From assembly GCA_039545335.1 (NCBI GenBank), contig BCIN01000009.1, positions 1-64,000 on the forward strand: a stretch of DNA of 64,000 nucleotides, read 5' to 3'. This document shows, piece by piece, positions 10,258-24,117 of this stretch. The stretch is from Kondoa subrosea (taxonomy: Eukaryota). Each line of letters starts with the position of its first letter. Position 1 is the first letter of the stretch. The translations under genes and the position numbers were made by a program. The notes under the pieces were generated by a model. It saw only the letters and a list, made by a program, of their open reading frames with translations, ran no database searches and was not told the DNA's origin.

Positions 10258-12435
10258 ATGCTGGACAAAATGAGCGACATGGCTTCCACTTTGGACTTGT
10301 CTTCTTCCGCTCTGCCAATCTTCATAGCATTAGGAGCAGCCTTGCTTGTGATCCTGGCCAAGCTATTCCCTCTGAATCTGAAGACTCGCAAGGACCTTCC
10401 ACCAGGTCCATCTGGTCAGATCTTCGTAGGCAACAGCAAGCAACTACCTCAATCCAAGCCATGGGTGTACTTCAAAGAATTGACGGATCGTTATGGAGAC
10501 GTTGTGTATCTCCAGATGGGAGCTACACCTACTATTATTCTTGGATCAGCTCAAGCAGCTTGGGATCTGCTTGAAAAGCGGTCGAGCATATATTCCAGTC
10601 GACCAAGATTCATCATGGGCAACGAACTACTTAGTGATTCAATGAGAGGCTTGATGAGCCCTACTGGTGACTTCTGGCGAAGATGGCGCAAAGTCTTGCA
10701 TGGTGATCCTCCATTCTCTAAACCAACGGCACAGAAGCTTATGTAGATCGAATCAGCTGGGTTTATGCAGAAAACGGCGGATACTTACAAACCCATCCAA
10801 TCTCTCGAAAGCAAAGGCTTGATGCATGATCTTCGTAAGCTCTGAATGACTTTTTCGTTATGGTCCAGTCTCATTGTCGTATATAGTACATCAGCCGAAA
10901 GACTTCCGAAAGCATCTCGAACGCTATGCTGCTTCTGTCATCGTGACAATCACTTATGGAAGACGAGTCACAAATGTCGATACCGACAAAGTTGTTCGCA
11001 TGAATGCCAAATCTATGGAGACCTTGACGCATGGTAAGGTCTCCTCATCTTCGGACAGTTCAGCTGTCAACAACGGTTGACAGTCAATGTTCCCGGTCGC
11101 TATATGGTCGAATCAATGCCTTTCCTGAAGCATGTGCCAGCTTTCCTCGCTCCTTGGAAACGCTACGTGCTCGAACAGAAGAAGATCGATCAAGCGATGT
11201 ACTTGGAACTCATCAACGACGTCAAACAGAAACAAGCCAATGGAGGTGCACCTCCATCCTTTGCGAAAGACTTGCTCGAAAAGCAATCTCAGAATGGCAT
11301 GTCCGAATTAGAGATCGCTTATGCTGCTTCAACACCTTGTGAGTCTTGCTAAACAGTATGATGCGTCGTATTTATCATGCTTTGCTTTTAGTTGGAGCCG
11401 GAGTAGAGACTTCAAGTGGATCCTTGGCTTCTTTCTTCTTGGCAGCAGCTCAATTCGGACCAGAATTCATCCCGAAAGCACAGTAAGTCTTATATCATTC
11501 TTTGAAACGCTTCTGAATGAGTCAAAAGAGCCGAACTGGATTCAGTTGTTGGCTCTGAACGAATGCCTGAGTTCTCGGATCTGGATCATCTACCTTATGT
11601 CAGAGCAATCGTATCAGAGACATTGCGCTGGCGTCCGATAGCAGTAGTCAGTACATCATCTAGCTCTTCTGAAAATCACTCATCTGCGTTTCTTCAGCTT
11701 GGTGGGACTGCTCATGCAAGTTTGCAAGATGATGTGTATAAGGTGTGCTAGACAATTTTCTTAGCCGCATGATATTAATGAAATCTTATACTAGGGCATG
11801 TTCATTCCTAAAGGGTCGACTGTCATCGCACCTCTTTACGGTATTCATTTGAATGAAGAAGATTACCCTGACGCGGATCATTTCCTACCTGAGCGCTTCT
11901 TGAACGTGAAGCCTGGCTTTCCGGGTCGCGAAGGGCATGCTTCATTTGGTTGGGTATGTTCCTACTTTCCTCAGGTCGAAACAAGTCTAATGCTGTGCGA
12001 AGGGTGTTCGTATATGTCCGGGAAGGTATGCCCGGCTCCCAAAAACTGTCTGCTTTCGGCTCAATGGGATTCTTTCTCTATAGATTCACGTAAGTCATTG
12101 CTGTCTCCAGTTGGTGGTTCATGAACTTACTTGAGCTGAATACAACAGAGGTCAAAATTCCGTCAATATCAATGTAGCGAGGATCCTATGGGCCTTCAAC
12201 ATTACCAAGGCGAAAGATGCACATGGCAGAACGCTTGACGTCGATACTGTATGCCACTTTTGCTTACCTTGGCTTGTTGAGCTAATCGAGCAAGCAGCAT
12301 GCATTCACGAACGGCTTCAATTCTCAACCGTTGGATTTCCCTGTTCAAATTACAATTAGATCACAGAAGCACGCTCGGATTGTCGAAGAGGATTGGAACG
12401 AAGCGAAAGATTCGCTCAAGATGTATACATGGTAA
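10258..12435 (+). CDS. Cytochrome P450, multi-exon
   Basis: N-terminal TM then PPGP, I-helix AGVET, ETLR (ExxR), PERF, heme motif FGWGVRICPG. Confidence 0.93.
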
Positions 12436-12485
12436 GATGATAAATGCATGGGGGGTTCTACATAGTTGTTGTGAATATATGTTGC

Positions 12486-15400
12486 TTATACTCCTTTGTT
12501 AACATGAGGAGCCAATTTAAGATTCTTGATGAAGTCAGAACGGGATGTAATCAAATCCCCACCCTGTGGCGCTTCAGAAGGACCACAGATTTCCTTTACG
12601 GTACCGAGCAGTGAGGTATGATTCTCTTTGAAGTGCTCTTTGATGTAACCTTCGAGCTTCACTTGAGTTGGTTTAGTCTTCAAAAAGTTCTCCAAATTGT
12701 CTTTGTCTTCGTTAGCCAAATGGAAACGGGAGATGACGCTTGGCTGTATACGCTGGGAAGAGACGTGGATTGACACTTTCGCGCGCTGAAAACCAGCGGC
12801 TAGAACACGATCGCGGAATAGAGCAACGACTTCGGGCTGAGTAATGTCGTTCAATAGAGCAGCGTCCTTCTCGTCTGTATCACAACATTACTCTTGTTTC
12901 GATACTCTAAGAAGCGACTCACAGCGTTTGAATTCCTGTAACAGGATATTCAATAGCTGAGCTGGAAATGGTATGAACGACGCACTTCTGAACCGCTTTC
13001 GATTTGTTCCCAGTTATAGGATGACTCTTCTGCCATAGTCTTGAAGGTTTCCAGCAAGCCGTCTATACAACTTTGACGATGCTTTTGAAATTCTGCGGAC
13101 TCCAAATTGACTAAGTACTCTTCTTTTGCAGTGAAAAATTGGTCAATCTCTTCATCTAGTAGGGAAGGAGCAATCTCGGACTGAATTTCAGCGGTCAAAG
13201 AGCTAGTATTTCCAGCGCAAGTCCGGTAGAGAGCAACAGCATAACCTGATTATAACGATGAATATAGATAGCTCATTTCATAGATGGCAGACTTTACCCA
13301 GCTGTTTGGTCGTGCGTAACTCATCGAAGAACGGCTGTTCGAGAATATCACATAGAAGCATCAATGTAACGTGCAGCCTGCGATCGTTGGAGCAGCCGAT
13401 GTAGTAATTGGTAAGGCAGACTCCGTTGACTTCATCTGGATTCTCTACAGTAAGCTGTACGAGACCATTTGTTCCAGGTTCGACCATGAAGCGTCTTGTT
13501 ACAGGAGATCTCTCGCACGATTCGACTTTGAAAGAAGAAAGCCGCTCTTGTACAACTTTGGCGATCTGGCTGTCAAGCGATCCATGAATGTATGCTTCGA
13601 AGAACATGTTCTCGAAGAGCTTCTTGCCATAGGAAAGTACTTCCTCTCGAGTTATTGAAGCAATGACCGCTTCCTTCTCATCGCGGTCAAAGTATCTCTC
13701 TGCGAACAGCCAGCTGACGCGCTCGTAAGCAAAGGCTAGCGGTCCAGACATGTGCCAATTCTTCAAGCAGCGGATTAGCCTCTCCTTGATGCGATCAAAA
13801 TCTCTGTCGTTAATCGTAGCAGTCTTCATCCCATTGCAGACGATATCCAAAAGGGTTTCGAATTTGGCACTGAACCCGCCGATTTCTAATGACATTCCGC
13901 GAGATTCGGGGTATAAGGAGTCTAAATAAATGTGTGAGATGGAACTCTGCTTGGACGTGAAGCACCTACAGTCCATGCCTGCTTCAGCAGCCAGGTAAGA
14001 GATTTCTCTCAAGTGTTCATCGACAACGTCGGTCCACAAATGCGTCAAAAGTGTATCTATTAAGCACGTCAAGTCTCTTGACCTCCGAAAGCATTCGTCC
14101 ATGACTCACGTCTGGCTGTTGCCAGTCCTTCGGGAGTCATCATGTTCAACTTGAATGTAATTTTCGGAACTTGATATTGGTTGTCAAGCTTATGCCAGAT
14201 GACGACGCCTTTTTCAGACTTGACAATAGATGGCAGAGTGTCTTCTTCTCCTTTATCAGACTTTGGTCCCGACAGATCGTACGGAATAAGGGGATTGACA
14301 GCAGGAAGATCCAAGCCAGGCAAGAATGGCGCATTTCTGCACAGCTATCTTAAGCATCAGCCCTAATTTCGACGACGGATACTTCTACTCACTTTTAAAA
14401 GATTTTCGTCTAATGGTGTTGCTGTATAGTGAGTGCCAAAGTAGAATTCCTTGTAAGTCCACTCTGTCTCGTTATTTGCATCTTGCATGGTCCGAAGCAG
14501 GAAGAAGCATCCGGGGTTAAGTTGATCAAGAATGGTCTGAACAGCGATCTCGTCCCATTCTTGTGCAGGTGCAACACTATTCAGCAGGTAATGAGGGCCC
14601 TCGTCGTGCCTGTGGCCATTTTAGGTTTGATCTCTAACAGTCTGGCTACACCTACAAACGACCAGCTAAGGTTGTCTACAATTCGGGTCAGTATTCGCTC
14701 ATCAGAAGAATAACGCATCTCTCTCACAGCGGTATCGCAAGCTTCCCCAGTCTCGGACCATTTGAAGTATGTCTTTCCCATACTTTGGATCGCTTGAGCA
14801 AGAAGGACAATATATCTGGACAAAGGACGACTCACGTATTGAATTCAGCAAAAGTATTTTGCAAGGTTCGGGCGCCTCTAATCTTGAGCAATTTGAGGAA
14901 AGAGAAACAGGCAACGACAATGTCTTGCTGGTTCTTGACACCGCTGTCAGTAAGACTCATACCAATCTAAGTACCCCCCTATCAGTTATAGCGCTGCCTT
15001 CGAGTAAGGATACGAGGCCTACATCGAACTGAGCATAGCCCCTGTTACTAATCAGAATAGATCGACATCTGACTAATTTTAAACTCACGTGTTGCCATCT
15101 CCTTCTCCAGCATAGATCGAGTTCACCCAGCCTTTATGCTTCAAGTAGCTCAGAAGACTACCAGCGACTTCATGCTCGATAATCATGCCGACAAAAGCTG
15201 CAGGTTCAGTCTTCCAATGTTTGCTTTGACTATTAGCCGCATAATATCAGAATGAATCAAGCCAACGCAAAATCAGTACCAACTCTTCTAGAGGGAAAGA
15301 GATGATAAGTCTATTGACGTCTTTCACAGTCTTGTAAGTCAATTGATGCTGGAAGAGATTTTCAGGTCACGAACATTGACAAAGCAGAGCTTTCGACTTA

Positions 15401-16738
15401 CCATTAGTTGCCTGTCGCCGAAAGGATTGGCTGGCCAAATTGAAGGTGCGACATTCGTATTCTTGACTTCGGAAAAAAGCCCAGCAGCCATTTCGATCAA
15501 AGTGTGCATTGATTCTGCTTGCAATAAGTACCCGCGGCGGTAAGGAGCACATAAATGAGGGCATACGATTTCCAACAATGCAACCTCGCATCAGATTGGC
15601 CGAGTAGCGTTCCTTATAGAACTTAAGTAGAGCGTCACGAACGTCGATGCCTTGCTCGCGAGGCTTGTTCCAAAGGGTATCGAGCGAACCAACGCTGAAC
15701 TTCGTTGCGGGATGTCCTGGTCGTGCTACGGCAGCCAGCATGCCTTGTCCTCGCCAGCCATCATTCTGTAGATAGCCTTGGAATTCTGAGTTCACAGCGT
15801 TCACTTCTCGCTCTACCAAAGATTTCTCGAACAAAGGAGCAATCTGTCTTTACCTGGTAGCATGTCGTCATTTCGAGCCAAAGACTGATGACATACGAAT
15901 ACGTGGGCCATGCGATCTAAAGCGCCTCCCAGATTGGCAGCGCTCACGGAGAAGTAGTAGGTCGAGTCTGTCGGCCATGTAAGAAAGCGCCTAGTTGAGG
16001 AGCATAGAATGACTGACATTCATCTTCAGTTGATGCATTTGTATAGCCATTATTGGACGAGATGAACTGTAAGCAATTATTAGGCAAAACACTGGTTAAA
16101 ATACAAGGCGAACGAACGTTCTCATATTCCGACTCGTTTGGATATTTCGCGGATCCACTGTTGAAGAGCATACTACAGCAGTATCAGAGCTGCTGATGCG
16201 CTACTTGATATTTAGACTGACTGCTCGCAACTGTAGCATCACAATGTCAGTTTCATGGGCTGGAAGAAACCTTCCCAAACTCACAAATGGGCCAGACCAG
16301 CCAGTTCTGATGGGTCGTGGAAGCTACCGCTTCGTACGACAACTGATGCAGCTGCCTATGAAGAACCAAAAGTTAGGTGAAAGGGAAGATCATCGAAAAA
16401 TCTTACCTGGTCTGCTTCTGGGTCCGAGACCAGACAGATCTCCATGCCATTGTCCAATCGAATGATTCGCTGGTAAGGCAAAATTAATGCGTACAGAAAG
16501 AAAGATCGGAACTTTGAACTTACATATTCACGTTTATCCTTTTCGGCAGTCAGGATAGGTTTACTGTATTCAGCCCAATGATGACCATGTTTGCCTATTA
16601 TCGATGAGCATCTGTCAGGGTTTGCACGAATAGAAGGAGTATCAAGTTATCCTTACCTGAGCGGATACGAGTAAAATCCTCTGGCAAATGGGTAGAATCG
16701 TATCGCTTGAAGTCTTGCTGGAAGGTGGAAGAAGACAT
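12486..16738 (-). CDS. M16A metallopeptidase (insulysin/Ste23-like), multi-exon; start approximate
   Basis: Spliced HFCEHMLF Zn motif, SNNGYTNAST, EREVNAVNSEF, FYKERYSANLM, FFDELRTTKQLGY. Confidence 0.88.
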
Positions 16739-17297
16739 GATCTAATATAAGAGAGAGAGCAAGAGCTACAAGAGGATTTCCAGCTCGACTATCGAAATCA
16801 GACAAAGGGTGTATCGAAGGACTACACCGAATGGCCTGACTAACAGCACAGCTAGGCATCTTCGGAACGACTTAGATTATTAACAGCAAGATGAGGCATA
16901 GCTTGGGCAGTACAGATCATGCAATGCCAGCAGTGCAAACAAACTCAAGAAGCAGAAAAAAGTGCCAAAAACGCTCAAACCCTGCCTTTTCACTGCCAAA
17001 TATCCATTTATGGAGTAGAAGAGGAGAACGCATGCACAGCGAGTGCTTCCATCCTGTTAAAGACAGGCAAATTGAAGCAAAACAAAGGGAAATGTCAAGT
17101 TATTTAGCGTCTTGCTGCAGCGCTGTCACTGCTATGAGCTCAGCTGAGAGTCTCAGAGTGGGTGTGTGCTATTTGTAGGATACTCGAGATTGTCAGAATC
17201 GGCGTCAGTGACAAAGTTGAGCACGTGAATTCCCCGTCTCGATTCTTGGAGTCGTTGGTGTTTGATCTTTTCTTCTTTGCTCCTTACCACGACAACA

Positions 17298-19869
17298 ATG
17301 TCTCAAGAATCTTACACTCAGAGCGTAGCTCCAATCAATCCTCTGCCTCAGCAGATCAAAGTGCCCAACTTGGAGCCATATGGAACACCAGGCTCAAAGC
17401 TGCTGGCAATCGAGCGAGGCAAGGCCAGCTTCAGCTCCCACGACATGGCCGTCTATGTCAGAGGTCAAGATGTGCTAGATCGTCAGGCTCGTTTGCTCGA
17501 AGTCATCCAGAAAGAGCCCGCATTCGACAAGTCTCGTATACCCTATATCGGTCGAAGCGACAAGTTTGCGCATGGTTTGGCCAAAGAGAAGCGCTTTGTA
17601 CAGCTAGCTCAAGAGCAAGGATGGAAGGAGGCAGAGATGCGTGAAGCTGAGGAGTTGATTGACATGCCCGCTGCATTTGGTCTGCACAAGGTCAGCAGGG
17701 TCGCACTGCATGTCGTACCACTCTTACTGATGAGAGCCTTACCATTAGTCCATGTTCTTGGAAACTCTTCGCTCTCAGACCACTGACGAGCAGAAGAAGC
17801 TCTTCTTGGAGCCGGCCCAGCGTTTCGAAATCATCGGATGTTACGCTCAAACGGAACTGGGCCACGGTTCGAATGTGCAAGGTCTGGAAACTACCGCTAC
17901 CTATGATCCTTCCACCAAAGAGTTCATCATGCATTCGCCTACTCTTACTGCCAGCAAGTGGTGGTCTGGAGGTCTCGGAAGAACAGCCAACCACGCTGTA
18001 GTCATGGCTCAACTCATTACTCAAGGCAAGAACCGTGGTATCATTCCTTTCCTTGTGCCTATTCGCGACATGAAGACACACAAACCTCTGCCTGGCTGCA
18101 CAATTGGTGATATCGGACCAAAGATCGGTTACAACTCTACTGACAACGGCATGTAAGTCATTCTACCATAGCTCAGGCCTGTCAGCCGATCGATGCCTCC
18201 TTCTAGGCTGCTTATGGACAATGTTCGAATTCCTCACATCAACATGCTTTCTCGCTATACTTCAGTTGATCCCGATACCGGAGCCTTCAGCAAACCAAAG
18301 AAGGCTCAGCTCACTTACGGTACTATGACCTTCATTCGAGCCAACATTGTACGAAACTCAGCTGTTGTCGTTGCCCGCGCGGCAACGGTAGCCATTCGCT
18401 ACTGCGCTGTTCGACGTCAATTTACCGATCGCGATGCACCACAGACCGATGATCGCAAACCAGCTGAATCTCAAGTTCTCAACTATCAATTGGTCCAGTA
18501 CCGTCTTTTCCCCGCTTTGGTCACTGCACTCGCTCTAAACTTTACCGGTAAAGCAATGTACAAAGCATACGAAGACAACGTAGCTGCAATGGCTAAAGGC
18601 GATTTCTCAAACTTGGCCGAAATTCATGCAAGTTCTTGTGGTCTCAAGAGTTATTCAACCATTGTTGCAGCTGAGGCGATCGAAACTTGCAGAAGAGCTT
18701 GTGGTGGTCATGGATTCTCTTCAGCTGCTGGTTTGGGTGAACAGTACAACAATTTCTTGCCTCAGGTTAGTGATTGATGTTTGGTTGCGATAGTTTCGCT
18801 GACGAAAGTCGAATCCTAACAGGTCACATGGGAAGGTGACAGTTACGTAGGTGTTTTCTGTATAATTATATGGAGAGCTTACCAACAGGCGCCTGTTATA
18901 GATGATCACTCAGCAATGCGGTCGTCATCTGTTCAAAGTCTTCCGAGCTATCTGGTTCAACGAGCAAAACGAATTCAACGGCAACACTGTCACCGCAAAC
19001 TATATTCGCAAGTACGTTGCTGATGTAGATGCGAAATGTCAAGTCAAATATGCTGGCGATTTCCATAACGCTCAAGTGAGTCTCTCTGTGCTCGCCATGT
19101 AAAGACCAGACTGACAACCTCGTAGATGCTGGTCGATGCTTTTGGTCACCGAGCTGCATACCTGATTGGCAACACAGTCCGCAAGCGCGAGTCAGTTCTT
19201 CACCTCCGCTCACCGTCTGTAGACAGCTGACTATCTGTGCAGTATTGAAAAGCACTCATGGAACAGCATTCTAGTCGATATCTACCGCGTCTCAACAGCT
19301 CACAGTCACTTCTTGGCTGTCAAGAACTTCGCAGATGCTATTATGTACGATGAGACGCTCGCTGCTAATCCAGCGTTGCACCAAGTAATGCAAATGTGCT
19401 TCGAACTCTATGGTCAGTGGAAAAGCTCAATCGTGTTGTATCGTTTGACTCATTTGTGTTGTTTTCGGACAGCCTGCTATGTAATGGAACAGAATGCTAG
19501 TGAATTCCTCAGCTCTGGCTACCTTTCAAGCAAACAGCACGAACTTCTTCGCAACAAGGTCGATGCGCTTTTGGCTGAAATGAGACCTCAAGCTGTACCT
19601 TTGGTCGATGGTTGGGCGCTTCCTGATTACTTGCTCAACTCTGCTTTGGGTCGCTATGATGGAAACGTTTACCCCGCTTTGGTCGATTTCGCTTCCCGTG
19701 AACCTAGTAAGGTTTTTGCAATAAATTCTCTGTATAAGTTGGCTTATTGAATGCGTTAGTGAATGGTCGCACGTACAACGTAAAGCTGGGCACAGAAGAT
19801 CTATACATGGAAGAGCCTATCGAAGGTGCCGAAGGTCTAGCAGGAAGTCGACCGGAGTCAAAACTCTAA
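17298..19869 (+). CDS. POX1: Peroxisomal acyl-CoA oxidase
   Basis: [58 protein letters not shown]; last exon ends ..PESKL* (PTS1). Confidence 0.95.
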
Positions 19870-20105
19870 ATGATGCAATTGCTGCGTTGATGAGCGAAGG
19901 GAGGAAGCATCGAGAGGGTTTCACTAGTTTAATGTAATTGTCAAGGATCATTTTTTGCAATAGCACGATAGTTGTATATATATACAAGAGGAAACGCAGA
20001 TACGACTACACATTAATTAATGATACCACTATGGACACTAAGTAGTCTTTTGACACATTATCACAACTGATTAGATACTAGGGTTATACCTGACTTCCTG
20101 CGCAT

Positions 20106-21157
20106 TTAGTCTTCCAACTCATCTATCATCGAAATACTGGTTCTGATATCCGCGCCAGCTGCAGTGAAAAGTGGTTTGAGTGATCCATGATTTCGAGTGG
20201 TAGTCATTCGAGAAGCGTAAACGCAATCCACTTGTCGACCTTGTCGATGAAAGCAGAATTCTCCACCGAGTTGCGATTGCGAACCAGGTTGTTTGACAGG
20301 TGAAGCAAGACCAGCTTTGACTGATTCGACAACTAGATCAGATAAATCAGTCAATGCGATAGACAAGCAAACTGAAGAAAAGCTTACTGTTTTTAGACAT
20401 GCTTTTTGTAATGTAATCACCCTTGTCTTTTGCCTTTCCTGGATCGAGCGACTTGTTCATCTTCAAAGTAGCATACAAGCGACCAGTAGGATCAGTGTAA
20501 GTAAGAAAGTTTGTTCCAGTCATTCCTATATCAAAGGTCAATCAGAATTGTTGCATAGATGTAAAAGAAGACAAGGTCCTCACTTTGATATGGGATGATG
20601 AGTTCTGGCGAACCACAACCAATCACGACCACTTTAATATACTTCCGTTCAAAAGCTGATTTTGGAATCTTTGCCAAAGCTTCCATATACTGCACACAAA
20701 GACCACACCAGAAATGACGAATGAAGATGACGATCGTTTTCCCTCTAGCTTGCAAGATGCTACCAAATTCGACTGATTCTCCTTCTGCATCCAGGATGGG
20801 CAGTTTCCTCGCATCTGCAACTTCTTCAGGCGTAGGTAATTCTCGACGAAGTGCTTCAATCTTGGCTAATCTTTCAGCTTCTTGAGATGATTTCTCATCA
20901 GCACTAGCAGAGGAAGTTGATTTGCGGGGTTTGAAGTGGGAGAGGAAAGAAGGTGCAGAGGCTTTACGTTGAGCTTCAGCTGCTTGTTCAGCTATTTGTT
21001 TCTCCAGTAAAGCGATGGCCATTCGTTCTCGTTTGGTAAGAATTCGTTCAGGTAAGTCGCAAAAGGGAGAATCTTCAAGTGTGGATGGTTTATCAAAGGG
21101 GTAATGTTGAGCGAACGCGTCGCCAGAGATTTGCATTGGAAGCATCATAGTTGCCAT
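20106..21157 (-). CDS. AhpC/TSA-like thioredoxin-fold protein (PRXL2/AAED1-like)
   Basis: IFIRHFWCGLC (CxxC), VVVIGCG, YTDPTGRLYATL, QLGGEFCF, SRMTTTRNH. Confidence 0.85.
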
Positions 21158-21557
21158 GACTGATACTGATCCAAAAGATTAAGTTTGGGATAGGAGCAAG
21201 ATGATGGTATGAAAGCAAGAGGGACGGCTAAGGTAGGTTTGGCCAGGAATTTGGAAAGGGCATAACATAAACAGGAGTCAACAATGCAAAGCCATTATGC
21301 AAAAGTCCACGGCCAGGACTGATATATAAGCTTGTGCGTGAACGCGTCCTCCTAGGTGTGAGCGCTATAGATTGGGACCAGTTCGGTCGAGCGAGCGAGT
21401 TGATATTTGGGAAATAAAGAGGTGTCCTGCCCAGAAAATGCATGATAGGTTCTGCGACGCGTGTGCATTGAGAGACCGGTGGCAGCCAACAAAAGAGATG
21501 GACGACCTGCAATCTCTGAGTTCGAATCGAATTGAGTTGGGTAGCAGCTGGACAACG

Positions 21558-22595
21558 ATGGATTCTGCAGAGTGAGGCATTGCTGAGGCTTATGTAGACT
21601 TTTCCTGATGTGCCGAAAGCAGGCTCAAAGCTTTCCTGAGGTTCGCTGCTCGCATCAAAGAGCCTTCAAGTTTTGATGCCGTGTTCACATCATGTCTTGC
21701 TAGTCAGCTTCAGACAGCTCAAGACGCTGATGCTGCTGCTTCTACTTCTACCTCTGCTACTGCTTCTGTTCCCGCTTCTCCTGCTCCAGAGCCCGCTGTT
21801 CAACAAGTTGACGCAGATCATGCATCTATCATGAGCCTTCTATCTACCCTTCAACCTATTCTTCCTGCACCTGCACCTGAACCTGAGCCTATCTCTACGA
21901 CAGGCACGCCTGTCGAGCCAGAAGCTCCTTCCCTGCGAAATATGACCTATACCCAATCTCTACCTTTACTTGGTGCGCTGTCAAAGGAAACATTTGAGCA
22001 GATTGTCGCTGTAAGCTTTCTTTTCTTTCTCTCGATGACTCTTTGTACAGACTAAAATGCTTGCTCGCAGCTGAAAGAGATGCAAGACAATTGGTAAGAC
22101 ATCCTTTAGAACCGGCGGTAGAATGCATTGTGTTAACAGTTCTGAAGGGAACTTCGAACAATTGATCAACGCAATAGGTGAGCATTAGTCGCTGCATGGA
22201 AGTTCCAAATCTTGACTTGGATATTTGAACAGGATTGCTTCAGATGTACAGCGAGGTGTAGCGAAGCAGTAAGCTGTCATGGCTTCCAGCAAATGTTACT
22301 GATGGTTGCTCAGACAAGATCTGATCGCTTTCGATCATCAAATTCTCAACAGATACGATGAGCTGAAGCAAAAGCAGCAAACAAAATTAGAAGAGGTTAG
22401 TGTGATCTCTATCGCTGACTCCTTTCCACATCGATTTTAAATTATCAGCTTGGAGTGCCTTGTATTTATCCTACTAGTGATTTGGTTGATTTAGCTCGAC
22501 AGAGGAAGGTAATGAACAGTAAGTCAAGTTTCTGTTTCCAATTGCCGACAGCTCAAGGAAGGAAAGCTTTGGAGACGATGATTGACGAGGCGTGA
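21558..22595 (+). CDS. Conserved hypothetical protein, possibly DUF2458-like
   Basis: Splices in frame from MDSAELKAFLSQLQ.. through ..FDHQILNRYDELKQKQQTKLEELGVPCIYP..RQRKVMNTLETMIDEA*; the LGVP motif and coiled-coil character recall DUF2458 (recalled, not searched). Confidence 0.6.
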
Positions 22596-22797
22596 CGATA
22601 ATTGAGGCGTTGTACAAGTAGCGAGTTGGAAGCAAAATGAATGCATCGCTGGCGAGCACGCAATGAAATTTCAATTCCAGTCTATTTCCCTACAAGTGAT
22701 CAGAGTCCTTTGCTACCAGTGCGTAGTGCTGAGAGCATCTGACACAGTAGAGCCATAGCAAAGGATCAAGCTTGTGTAAATCTAACCTACCCTTGAA

Positions 22798-24086
22798 TCA
22801 GCTATCGTCGAACTCATTAGGAGGCAGAGGTTTCTTAAATTGAATACGGTATTCAATACCATTCTTCGCTGCGGCATGAGCTTTCCACTGTTTCAAAGTC
22901 TGAAGGTATCCTTAAGCAGCGGATGCTCAACCCTAGGAAGCGCGACTCACTGTAGCAAAGGCTGTCGTGTTCGATCCTCGCTTTTTGGCTCGCTTCAGGT
23001 TTTCTGAGATCAAGCGATCGAATCCGCGATGCCATCGTTTGATTGAGGTAGCCCGAGCTTTAGGAGAATCGGAATCTTCTGCTGCCTCTGAGCTGTTGTT
23101 GACAAATGGGACAGATTGATAAACGAATTTGAGCAAGTTAGAAGGAGAGGCATCCATTTCTCCAAGCTGCGCGAAAAGCTCGAGGGAGAGTGGATGTCCA
23201 CTGTGTAGAATTCGAGCCATCATTTTGTCGTTTCGGCCAAGGATCGCGCTGCAGCCATAATGAATACTCTCATCGAAATTAGCATGTATACATGGCTCAC
23301 TGCAGCAAGAGTAGATCCATTACACCTGCGTTGTCTTTGAAGTGTTCCTGTGAAAAATTGATTAGCAGGAGCAACCAAGACGCTTGCTGACCAACTATAA
23401 GGACGGCAGAGATCAGCTCCTCTCCATATCCATACCCACCGGGGTATCGCTCCATAGTAATGAAAGGCTTATCAGATAGATACACTCCTTGAGTCCAATT
23501 CCAGCTTGACCATTTACATTCTTTAACATTCAAAGGGCTGCTGAAGACCCGATGACCTCCTGAAGCATTTTTAGTGCGCAAATACTTTTGGGGATCGATG
23601 GTGAACTGCTCGAGCAGAACAGTCGCAACACGAGATGAGATATCGACATCTCCTTCATTTTGACCTGCCAAAGCTTTTTCCAAAGCCACACCCTAATATT
23701 GATTAACTCGAGTATTCAACAACATATCAGGGGGTATGCTCACTCCGGTAGGATTCCACAGAAGTAAACAAGCCAAATCCGCTGCAAATTCAGAACGACC
23801 ATACTGCAAGATATAGCGACTGATTGCGGCATTCAACTCAGGTCTGCACAATGCATCCAGCTAAGTGCTAGAAAGCAGAGAAAGAGGTACTGACATCTCT
23901 AAAGCTACTTGTTTTAAATTGTCTTCAGACGGTACGATCTAGAAATGCTTCAGCAAAGAGCTTGAATGATCGTGTCAGTCATCGCACCTGCCAATCAAGG
24001 AGAAGGGCGTGCAGTCGGTCCAACGCAATGCTATGTTCTGATATCTTGTTCTTCTTCCCTTGATCTGCTCCGATGAGTTCAACTTC

Positions 24087-24117
<31 letters not shown>

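Noticed and set aside
20078..20087. TAGGGTTA telomere-like word
   Set aside because: Single copy in an AT-rich terminator region; expected by chance.
20695..20720. Possible selenoprotein (SelL/PRXL2-related family)
   Set aside because: The redox motif is CGLC with ordinary Cys codons and no in-frame TGA.
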